Assembly: GCA_035264845.1 (NCBI GenBank)
Contig: DATFPL010000093.1
Location: forward strand, 1 to 53,617
Origin: Candidatus Limnocylindrales bacterium
GTDB taxonomy: Bacteria > Chloroflexota > Limnocylindria > Limnocylindrales > CSP1-4
Direction: 5' to 3'
DNA: 53,617 bases
The notes below the pieces were generated by a model that saw only the letters and a program-made list of their open reading frames with translations, was not told the DNA's origin and made no database searches. Numbering within the stretch: position 1 is the first letter of the stretch; each line of letters opens with the position of its first letter. A program made the position numbers and the translations under genes. Positions 1 to 7,130 of this stretch are shown in pieces.

Positions 1-708
1 CTCGGCAAGAAGGTCGTCCTGGTGGACGCGTCGTTCCAGTTCGGCGACGTCGGCGTCCTGCTGAACCTGAACCCGAAGAACAAGTCGATCGCGGACCTCG
101 GGCCGGAGCTCGAGCAGGGCGAGCCGGAGTCGCTCGACACCTTCGTCATCAACCACTCGTCCGGCATCCGCGTGCTGCTCGCGCCGCCGTCGCCGGAGAT
201 GGCTGAGCTCGTCACCACATCCGGTGTAAAGCGGATCCTCGACGCGCTTCGCCGGCAGCACGACCTCGTCATCGTCGACTGCACCTCGTGGTTCAACGAC
301 ACAACGCTCGCGATCCTCGACATGGCCGACGTCATCCTGACCATGCTGAGCCTCGAGATCACCAGCATCAAGAACATGCGCCTCTTCCTCGAGGTCGCCG
401 ACCAGCTCGGCTATGAGCAGGGGAAGGTGAGGCTCGTCCTCAACCGGGCCGATTCCACGCTTGGCATCCGGGTCCAGGATGTCGAGCACTCGATCGGGCG
501 CAAGGTCGACCACACGATCGTGAGCGACGGCCGAAGCGTTGTGTACGCCCTCAACAGGGGCGTACCGTTCTTCCTCAGCAATCGCGAGGCGCAGGTGTCG
601 CAGGACGTCATGCGGCTCGCGTCGGCGATTGCCGGCGAGCCGGTAGTGGCCCCGGTCGTGGAAGAGCCGAAAACGGCACAGCGCAAGTCCTTGTTCGCGT
701 GGCGATGA
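1..708 (+). CDS. CpaE/TadZ-like MinD/ParA-superfamily Tad pilus assembly ATPase (C-terminal part; the 5' end lies outside the window)
   Basis: The frame is open from base 1 (LGKKVVLVDASFQFGDVGVLLNL...). It has a MinD/ParA-like core (DLVIVDC, VRLVLNRAD) and sits directly upstream of cpaF-tadB-tadC. Confidence 0.75.
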   Translation, partial: LGKKVVLVDASFQFGDVGVLLNLNPKNKSIADLGPELEQGEPESLDTFVINHSSGIRVLLAPPSPEMAELVTTSGVKRILDALRRQHDLVIVDCTSWFNDTTLAILDMADVILTMLSLEITSIKNMRLFLEVADQLGYEQGKVRLVLNRADSTLGIRVQDVEHSIGRKVDHTIVSDGRSVVYALNRGVPFFLSNREAQVSQDVMRLASAIAGEPVVAPVVEEPKTAQRKSLFAWR

Positions 709-755
709 TCGACGTGGTGACAGCAGGCCCGGCGGGCCCAGAAGGGGTGTAAGCG

Positions 756-2162
756 ATGTCCCTGCTCAAGCGAATCGAAAGCGCCCGTCCGGGCGCGGGG
801 CCGGCCGGCTCGCCGGGTCCCGCGACGCCGGGCGGGACCGGTGGCCCGCCTGCCGTGCCGGGAGGTCCGCCTGCGCCCCGCCTGATGACCCAGGGCCCGG
901 TCCGTGAGTCGTTCCGCGACGTCAAGTTCCGGATCCAGAGCCGTGTCATCCAGGATCTCGACCCGAAGCTCGATCTGTCGAATCAGGTCGAGGTCCGGCG
1001 TCAGATCGAGGAGATCTTCGGCAAGGTCATCGACGAGGAAGGCCTCGCCCTGACGCGCGCCGAGCGCGTCCGGATGCTCGAGCAGATCACCGACGAGATC
1101 ATCGGCCTCGGACCGTTGGAGCCCCTCCTCCGGGACGAGTCCGTGTCGGAAGTCATGGTCAATGGCCCGCGCCAGGTCTATATCGAGCGCGCGGGCAAGC
1201 TCGAGCTGACGAACGTCGTTTTCCAGAACGACGACCACGTGATGAGGATCATCGATCGGATCATCGCCCCGATCGGCCGCCGCGTGGACGAGTCGAGCCC
1301 GATGGTCGATGCCCGCCTGACCGACGGCTCGCGCGTCAACGCGATCATCCCGCCACTGTCGCTCGTCGGCCCGGTCATCACGATCCGGAAGTTCGCCGCC
1401 TCGCCGTTCACCGTCGACGACCTCGTCCGCTTCGGTACTGCGACGCCGGACATGTTCGACTTCCTCCGCGCCTGCGTCGAGGCGCGCCTGAACATCTTCG
1501 TCTCCGGCGGCACGGGCTCCGGCAAGACGACGACTCTCAACGTGCTGTCGTCGTTCATCCCGAACGACGAGCGGATCGTGACGATCGAGGATGCCGCGGA
1601 GCTCCAGCTTCGGCAGGAGCACGTCGTGACGCTCGAGTCCCGCCCGCCCAACATCGAAGGCAAGGGTGCCATCCCGATCCGGGAGCTCGTCCGGAACGCC
1701 CTCCGGATGCGCCCCGACCGGATTATCGTCGGGGAGTGCCGTTCCGGCGAGGCGCTCGACATGCTCCAGGCCATGAACACGGGGCACGATGGCTCGATGT
1801 CGACGGGCCACGCCAACTCACCGCGCGACATGCTGTCGCGGCTCGAGACGATGGTCCTCATGGCCGGCGTCGACCTCCCGGTCCGCGCCATTCGCGAGCA
1901 GATCGCCTCGGCGGTCGACCTCATCGTCCACCAGAGCCGTCTGAAGGACGGCACCCGGAAGATCACCCATATCACCGAAGTGCAGGGCATGGAAGGTGAC
2001 GTCATCGTCATGCAGGACGTCTTCGTCTTCGAGCAGACTGGCGTCGTCGAAGGCAAGATCCAGGGCCGTCTGAAGCCGACGGGCATCCGGCCGAAGTTCG
2101 TCGAGAAGTTCGAGGTCATGGGCATTCACATGGCAGCGAACATCTTCGGCTTCTCGTACTGA
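756..2162 (+). CDS. cpaF: CpaF/TadA type II/IV secretion ATPase of the Tad pilus
   Basis: 468 aa. Motifs seen: VMVNGPRQVYIER, Walker A GGTGSGKTT, TIEDAAEL, and the His box GHDGSMSTGHAN. The N-terminus is Pro/Gly-rich low complexity. Confidence 0.93.
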   Translation: MSLLKRIESARPGAGPAGSPGPATPGGTGGPPAVPGGPPAPRLMTQGPVRESFRDVKFRIQSRVIQDLDPKLDLSNQVEVRRQIEEIFGKVIDEEGLALTRAERVRMLEQITDEIIGLGPLEPLLRDESVSEVMVNGPRQVYIERAGKLELTNVVFQNDDHVMRIIDRIIAPIGRRVDESSPMVDARLTDGSRVNAIIPPLSLVGPVITIRKFAASPFTVDDLVRFGTATPDMFDFLRACVEARLNIFVSGGTGSGKTTTLNVLSSFIPNDERIVTIEDAAELQLRQEHVVTLESRPPNIEGKGAIPIRELVRNALRMRPDRIIVGECRSGEALDMLQAMNTGHDGSMSTGHANSPRDMLSRLETMVLMAGVDLPVRAIREQIASAVDLIVHQSRLKDGTRKITHITEVQGMEGDVIVMQDVFVFEQTGVVEGKIQGRLKPTGIRPKFVEKFEVMGIHMAANIFGFSY

Positions 2163-2181
2163 GCGGGGAGGGTCAGCGCTC

Positions 2182-3189
2182 GTGGACACCATGACGATCG
2201 CGGTCGCGGGAGCCGCCGCGCTGGCGATCCTGCTGATCGCGGCCGGCATCGCCACGTCCGGCGGCGGCTCCGGGATCAGCACCCGCCTCGAGCGCTATGC
2301 CTCGGGCCGGACGGACCCGAAGAACGCCGGCGCCCAGGGCCTCTCGGAGATGATCGCCCAGAGCGCGACCCTCAATCAATTCAACCGCGTCGTCGAGGCG
2401 CGCGACTTCGGGGCCAACCTCGCGCGCGAGATCGCGCGCGCGGACCTGAAGCTCAAGGTCAGCGAGTACCTTGCCATCTGGGCCGGCGCAATCGTCGGCA
2501 TCCCCATCCTTTTCGTCCTGCTCAGCGTGGCGCTCCCTGCGCTTCGAAGCCCGGTCGCGCTGCTCGTCGGCGCACTCGTCGGCTTCTTCCTGCCACGGCT
2601 GTGGCTGGGTCGCCGCAAGGGCGGGCGCCTCAACCAGTTCAACAAGCAGCTGCCGGATACGATCACCCTCATCGCCAACGCGCTCCGCGCCGGGTCGTCG
2701 TTCCTCCAGGCGATCGAGCTGGTCGTCCGGGAGTCGCGGCCGCCCGTTTCGACGGAGTTCGGCCGCGTCATCCGCGAGGTCAACCTCGGCCTGCCGTTCG
2801 AGCAGGCGCTCGAGAACATGGTCCGCCGGGTCAAGTCGGACGACCTCGAGCTGATGGCGACGGCCATCTCGATCCAGCACACCGTCGGTGGGAACCTCGC
2901 CGAGATTCTCGACTCGATCGCGTACACGATTCGCGAGCGCGTCCGGATCAAGGGCGAGATTCGGACCCTGACGGCGCAGCAGCGGCTGTCGGGCTACGTC
3001 GTCGGCTTCCTGCCGATCGCGCTCGCCGGCTTCATCTTCCTCGCCGCGCCCAAGTTCTTCGACCCGATGTTCTCGAAGCCGCCCGAGGTTCTCGGGCTGC
3101 CGGCCGGCATGATCATCATGGCCTTCGGGGGATTCATGATGTTCATCGGCTTCATGCTCATCCGCAAGATCGTCGACATCGAGGTCTGA
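2182..3189 (+). CDS. tadB: TadB, type II secretion system F-family inner-membrane protein
   Basis: 335 aa polytopic membrane protein with a GSPII_F-like core (LPDTITLIANALRAGSSFLQAIE). It follows cpaF. Confidence 0.85.
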   Translation: MDTMTIAVAGAAALAILLIAAGIATSGGGSGISTRLERYASGRTDPKNAGAQGLSEMIAQSATLNQFNRVVEARDFGANLAREIARADLKLKVSEYLAIWAGAIVGIPILFVLLSVALPALRSPVALLVGALVGFFLPRLWLGRRKGGRLNQFNKQLPDTITLIANALRAGSSFLQAIELVVRESRPPVSTEFGRVIREVNLGLPFEQALENMVRRVKSDDLELMATAISIQHTVGGNLAEILDSIAYTIRERVRIKGEIRTLTAQQRLSGYVVGFLPIALAGFIFLAAPKFFDPMFSKPPEVLGLPAGMIIMAFGGFMMFIGFMLIRKIVDIEV

Positions 3190-3192
3190 CCG

Positions 3193-4125
3193 ATGCCCGC
3201 CATCCTTCCGATCATCATCGCGGCTGTCGCCGCGCTGGCGATCCTCCTGATTTTCATGGGGCTCGCCGGCAGCGCGCCCGTCGATCCCGTCCAGGCACGG
3301 CTGACGCAGCTCGGGACGATGCAGGCGAAGAATCTTGAGGAGCTGGAGCTTCAGCAGCCGTTCCTCGAGCGGACGCTGCGCCCGCTCGCCGCGCGCCTGT
3401 CGGGGACCGTCGCGCGCGTCACGAGCCAATCGTTCTCGGAACGCACAGAGAAGCGGCTCGCCCTCGCCGGGCATCCCGGCAACCTCCGGGTCGGTGACTG
3501 GCTCGGGATCAAGGCAATCGCCGCGATCGTGGGCGCCATCCTCTTCTTCGTCATCGCGGCGCTGGTGCTGAAGAACTTTGTCGCCGGCGTCCTCCTGACG
3601 CCGGTCGGCCTGCTGATGGGCTACACCGTTCCGGAGTTCTGGCTGGGTGGCCGGTGCCGAAAGCGGCAGCACGCGATCCTGCTGCAGATCCCGGACGCCC
3701 TCGACCTCCTCACGATCTCCGTTCGCGCCGGCCTCGGCTTCGATGGCGCGCTCGGCAAGGTCGTCGAAAAGCTGCAGGGGCCGCTGACCGACGAGTTCCG
3801 TCGTGCGCTGGCCGAGATCCGCGTGGGCAAGGCGCGCCGCGAGTCCCTGAGGGACATCGTCCCGAGGACCGAGGTCCAGGCCCTCACGAACTTCATCGGC
3901 GCGATCATCCAGGCCGAGCAGCTCGGCGTCTCGATTTCGAAGGTCCTCCAGGTCCAGTCCGAGCAGCTGCGGATCGAGCGGCGGCAACGCGCGGAGGAGC
4001 AGGCGGCGAAGGCTCCGATCAAGATGCTGTTCCCGCTCGTCGGGTGCATCTTCCCGTCGCTGTTCATCGTCATTTTGGGACCGGCGGTCATCCTGATCGT
4101 CCAGAACCTCAGCACGTCGGTGTAG
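3193..4125 (+). CDS. tadC: TadC, type II secretion system F-family inner-membrane protein
   Basis: 310 aa. GSPII_F-like core (IPDALDLLTISVRAGLGFDGALGKV). It is paired with tadB across a 3-nt gap. Confidence 0.85.
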   Translation: MPAILPIIIAAVAALAILLIFMGLAGSAPVDPVQARLTQLGTMQAKNLEELELQQPFLERTLRPLAARLSGTVARVTSQSFSERTEKRLALAGHPGNLRVGDWLGIKAIAAIVGAILFFVIAALVLKNFVAGVLLTPVGLLMGYTVPEFWLGGRCRKRQHAILLQIPDALDLLTISVRAGLGFDGALGKVVEKLQGPLTDEFRRALAEIRVGKARRESLRDIVPRTEVQALTNFIGAIIQAEQLGVSISKVLQVQSEQLRIERRQRAEEQAAKAPIKMLFPLVGCIFPSLFIVILGPAVILIVQNLSTSV

Positions 4126-4167
4126 CCGCGGGCCGCGCGAGCGGCCCCACGCTCCCGGTGAGCACCC

Positions 4168-4548
4168 ATGTCTGAGCTTCTTGTCGCGCGCAACGTCACG
4201 CGGGGCCGCGTCGTCGCCTCGCGCATCGAGACGGCGGCAGGGCTGTGGGGCAAGTTCGTGGGACTCATGGGTCGCCGGACGCTGCCCGCGGGCGACGGGC
4301 TGTGGCTGCCCGACAGCAACGGCATCCACATGATGTTCATGCGGTTCCCGATCGACGCGATCTTCCTCGGCGACCCGGACGCCGCAGGCGAGCGCCGCGT
4401 GCTGTCGGTGCACGCTGCGCTACCGGCGTGGCGCGGAATCGTGCCGCTGGTGCGCGGTGCGAAGGGCGTCATCGAGCTCCCGGCCGGAACGGCTGCCGAG
4501 ACACTGACGTCCGTCGGCGACAGGATCCTTTTCGAACCCGCCGCCTGA
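4168..4548 (+). CDS. DUF192 (UPF0127) domain protein
   Basis: 126 aa. DUF192 signature region: GLMGRRTLPAGDGLWLPDSNGIHMMFMRFPIDAIFL. Confidence 0.8.
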   Translation: MSELLVARNVTRGRVVASRIETAAGLWGKFVGLMGRRTLPAGDGLWLPDSNGIHMMFMRFPIDAIFLGDPDAAGERRVLSVHAALPAWRGIVPLVRGAKGVIELPAGTAAETLTSVGDRILFEPAA

Positions 4549-4625
4549 GCTGCGCGCCACGTCGCGCGTCCGCGAGGTAAGCGGCACGTAACGAGCCGTG
4601 CAGCGCCGCGCGCGATCCTGTCGAA

Positions 4626-5324
4626 ATGGCTGCCCCAATTGTTGCGCGCGCCTTCGGCCGCGCTCTCGACCTCGCCCTCCCAGCTCGTTGTGCCGGGTGC
4701 GGCCGCGAAGGCGAACCGATCTGCGGCGCCTGCCAACCCGATCTCGACGCTCGCCTCGACCAGCCCCCTGGCGTCGGCATCGGGCTCCCGGCGGACCTCC
4801 CGGCGCCGCTCCTCCAGCTCGATTGGTGCGCGGCGTACACCGGAACGATCCGCCGCGCCCTCCACGAATTGAAATATGCGGGGGAGCAACGGCTGGCGGA
4901 GCCGCTCGGGCGGGCGATCGCGCGGCGGTGGGCGCGCGTCTCGGCCGGAGGAGACGTGGTGGTGCCGGTCCCCGTCCATCCCGACCGGCTGCGCCGACGC
5001 GGTTACGACCAGGCCGCCCTGCTCGCCGCTGTCGCGGCGCGCGACCTCGGACTCCCCATGGCGCCCATCCTCGAGCGCAGGCGATCGACCATCGCGCAGT
5101 TCGAGCTGGATCGCGCGACACGCGCCACGAACGTCACCGGCGCGTTCCGCGTGAGACCCATGCCGGAGCGATGGCGCGGCGAGGAGGCACCGCTCGAGGG
5201 CCGCTGGATCGTGCTCGTCGACGACGTGGTGACGACAGGCGCGACCTTGGCGGCCTGCGCGGTGCCGCTGCTCGCCGCAGGTGCGATGGCTGTCTCCGCC
5301 GTCACCGTCGCGCGCGAACGTTGA
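4626..5324 (+). CDS. comF: ComF-family phosphoribosyltransferase-domain protein
   Basis: N-terminal Cys4 finger (CAGCGREGEPICGACQ), followed by YTGTIRRALHELKYAGE, VVPVPVHPDRLRRRGYDQ and a PRPP loop (VLVDDVVTTGATL). Confidence 0.88.
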   Translation: MAAPIVARAFGRALDLALPARCAGCGREGEPICGACQPDLDARLDQPPGVGIGLPADLPAPLLQLDWCAAYTGTIRRALHELKYAGEQRLAEPLGRAIARRWARVSAGGDVVVPVPVHPDRLRRRGYDQAALLAAVAARDLGLPMAPILERRRSTIAQFELDRATRATNVTGAFRVRPMPERWRGEEAPLEGRWIVLVDDVVTTGATLAACAVPLLAAGAMAVSAVTVARER

Positions 5325-5356
5325 GCGTCGAGTGCGCTGCCTATACTCGCCATGAG

Positions 5357-5553
5357 GTGCCGGCGACCATCCTCGAGGCCGGGAGGCGAGCGGAGGAGGA
5401 CGCGATCGCGCGGATGGAGGAGCTGGGGCACACGTTCTACGTCTTCGTCGATCGGAGACGGAGCGGATTCCGATCGTCTATCGCCGCTCGGACGGCGATT
5501 ACGGCGTGATCGAGCCGATGGTCGGTGGCGGGTACTCGGCCGCGCGACGATAG
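5357..5553 (+). pseudogene. hpf: Remnant of the long-form ribosome hibernation promoting factor: C-terminal dimerisation domain only, with a frameshift
   Basis: One frame reads ...EEDAIARMEELGHTFYVFVD. After a 1-nt deficit at about 5453, a second frame reads SETERIPIVYRRSDGDYGVIEP. Joined, the two match the conserved HPF C-terminal domain (..EEA..ME.LGH.F.VF...ETE....VYRR.DG.YG.IEP). No S30AE N-terminal domain lies between the comF stop (5324) and this fragment. The 3' end overlaps the convergent ArsR gene. Confidence 0.65.
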
Positions 5554-6107
5554 ACGCCGCCGTCGCGGGTCAGATAGCCGCTTTCGATCAGGTACCGCCG
5601 CAGGGACGCGACGTCCGCGTGGTAGAGCGCGAGGCGCTGGTTGACCTCCTTCTCCGGGTAGTCGCGATCCTCCACGAAGCACCGATCGAGGAGGAATCGC
5701 AGGACGACGTGGCGCTTCTTCTCCTGGGCCGGGATCGACGACAGTCGCCCATCGACGAGGAAGGCGCGCAGGACCTTCGCGTCGTACGCCGGGAGCGCCT
5801 GGCCGTCCGGTCCCGGGAGCGTCACGGCGTCGTCCTCGCCCGCATGCTCGAGGTCGTCCAACTGGCGCCCGAGCCGTTGGAGTGCGTCGAGCCGGAGCGT
5901 GTACTCCATGTACGGATGGCTCGCTCGCGCGTCGACGAGTCCTGCTGCGCGGAGCCGCTTGAGGTGATGTACTACCGTGCCGGCCGAGAGGTCGAGGGCG
6001 GCGGCGAGCTCCTCGACCGCGTACGCGCGCGCCGCGAGAAGCCCGACGATTCGAAGCCGCGATGCATCCGAGAGCGCCTTGAGCGTCGCCAGCAGCGCGC
6101 GGTCCAT
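5499..6107 (-). CDS. ArsR-family winged-helix regulator with a C-terminal DUF2087 domain
   Basis: I start the gene at MDRALLATLKALSDASRLRIVGLL (ATG at 6107) rather than at the longer ORF start. ArsR helix-turn-helix: VEELAAALDLSAGTVVHHLKRLRAAGLV. DUF2087-like tail: KKRHVVLRFLLDRCF..YPEKEVNQRL..DVASLRRYLI. Confidence 0.82.
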   Translation of the reverse strand: MDRALLATLKALSDASRLRIVGLLAARAYAVEELAAALDLSAGTVVHHLKRLRAAGLVDARASHPYMEYTLRLDALQRLGRQLDDLEHAGEDDAVTLPGPDGQALPAYDAKVLRAFLVDGRLSSIPAQEKKRHVVLRFLLDRCFVEDRDYPEKEVNQRLALYHADVASLRRYLIESGYLTRDGGVYRRAAEYPPPTIGSITP

Positions 6108-6122
6108 ACGGGGAACGATGGA

Positions 6123-6150
6123 CGACGATTTGATCGATGTCAAATCGTCG
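6123..6150. promoter_or_regulatory. Perfect 11-6-11 inverted repeat (CGACGATTTGA-tcgatg-TCAAATCGTCG); candidate operator in the divergent arsR/nfo promoter region
   Basis: Read directly from the 57-bp gap between the ArsR start (6107) and the nfo start (6165). The arms are exact reverse complements. Confidence 0.6.
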
Positions 6151-6164
6151 CGCGCTCGGCTACC

Positions 6165-7130
6165 ATGGCCACGATGCTCCCCGACGGCCGCCGGCTCGGT
6201 CCCCATATGCCCGTCGGCACCGGCATGGTCAAGGCTGTCGACCGCGCGAAAGCGATCGGCGCGACGACGATCCAGATCTTCGGCGACAACCCGACCGCAT
6301 GGAAACGACGCGCGGGACCGCCGGCGGAGCAGGCAGCGTTCCGCGAGCGGCTCAGTGCCTACGGCATCGGACCCGTCGCGATCCACGCTGCCTATCTCGT
6401 CAACCTCGCGGGGAACGACGCGCAGTTCTTCGCCAGCTCAGTCGAGGTCCTCGCGCAGGAGCTGCGGACGGCGCCCGGATTCGGCGCGCGGTTCGTGAAC
6501 GTCCATACCGGCTCGCACCGCGGCACGAGCGTCGATGCCGGGGTCGAACGCCTCGCGAGCGGCGTGGCCGCGACGCTTGCGGAAGTGCCCGACGGCCCGG
6601 ACGCTCCGGTTCTCGTCCTTGAGAACTCCGCCGGCGGCGGCTTCCCCGTGGGCGTCACGGTAGAGGAGCTCGCCGACATCGCCGACGCGGTCGCCGCCAG
6701 GGGCGTCGACGAGCGGCGGGTCTCGTTCTGCCTCGACACGTCGCATCTCTGGTCGGCCGGGTACTGCCTCGCGGATCCCGTCGAGACCGATGCGTTGCTC
6801 GACCGCTTCGATCGCCTCGTCGGGCTCCGCCGGCTGGCGATGATCCACCTGAACGATTCGAAGAGCACCATCGGCTCGCGCCTCGATCGCCACGAGCACA
6901 TCGGGGCGGGTTCGATCGGCGAGACGGGAATGGCCCACATCATCACCCACCCGCGACTCGCCCACGCCGCGTACTACCTCGAGACACCGGGGATGGAGGA
7001 GGGCTACGACGCCGTCAACGTCGCGCGGGCGCACGATCTCGCGGCGGGGCGGCCGCTCGCGCCACTGCCGCCCGAGGCGTTCGCGCTCCCCAGCCGGTCC
7101 CGGTCGGCGAAGTCGGCGGCGCCGGCGTGA
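6165..7130 (+). CDS. nfo: Endonuclease IV (deoxyribonuclease IV, AP endonuclease)
   Basis: The real start is internal to the 592-aa ORF, at MATMLPDGRRLGPHMPVG. Nfo hallmarks: IQIFGDNPTAW, IHAAYLVNLA, VNVHTGSH, LVLENSAGGG, FCLDTSHLW, IHLNDSK..DRHEHIGAG. Confidence 0.9.
   Translation: MATMLPDGRRLGPHMPVGTGMVKAVDRAKAIGATTIQIFGDNPTAWKRRAGPPAEQAAFRERLSAYGIGPVAIHAAYLVNLAGNDAQFFASSVEVLAQELRTAPGFGARFVNVHTGSHRGTSVDAGVERLASGVAATLAEVPDGPDAPVLVLENSAGGGFPVGVTVEELADIADAVAARGVDERRVSFCLDTSHLWSAGYCLADPVETDALLDRFDRLVGLRRLAMIHLNDSKSTIGSRLDRHEHIGAGSIGETGMAHIITHPRLAHAAYYLETPGMEEGYDAVNVARAHDLAAGRPLAPLPPEAFALPSRSRSAKSAAPA

Noticed and set aside
2173-4413. A 746-aa minus-strand ORF antisense to tadB/tadC. Similar very long antisense ORFs occur at 411-1811, 42074-44191, 45660-48221, 49793-52447, 16457-18805 and 14055-15794.
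   Set aside because: Their translations are Arg/Asp/Glu/Pro/Gly-rich with no recognisable motifs. Each lies exactly opposite a well-supported conserved gene (tadBC, gyrB, gyrA, secA, atpA, atpD). Such stop-free shadow frames are expected in very GC-rich DNA.
4525-4545. TTCGAA-containing stretches here and at about 48296-48310 that resemble a tRNA T-loop.
   Set aside because: They do not match the GGTTCGAATCC context, no acceptor or anticodon stems can be built, and both lie inside or immediately beside well-supported coding sequence.
5352-7130. A 592-aa plus-strand ORF spanning the hpf relic, the ArsR gene region and nfo.
   Set aside because: Only the last 321 codons (from the ATG at 6165) match endonuclease IV. 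The upstream part is antisense to a good ArsR/DUF2087 gene and has junk-like composition.
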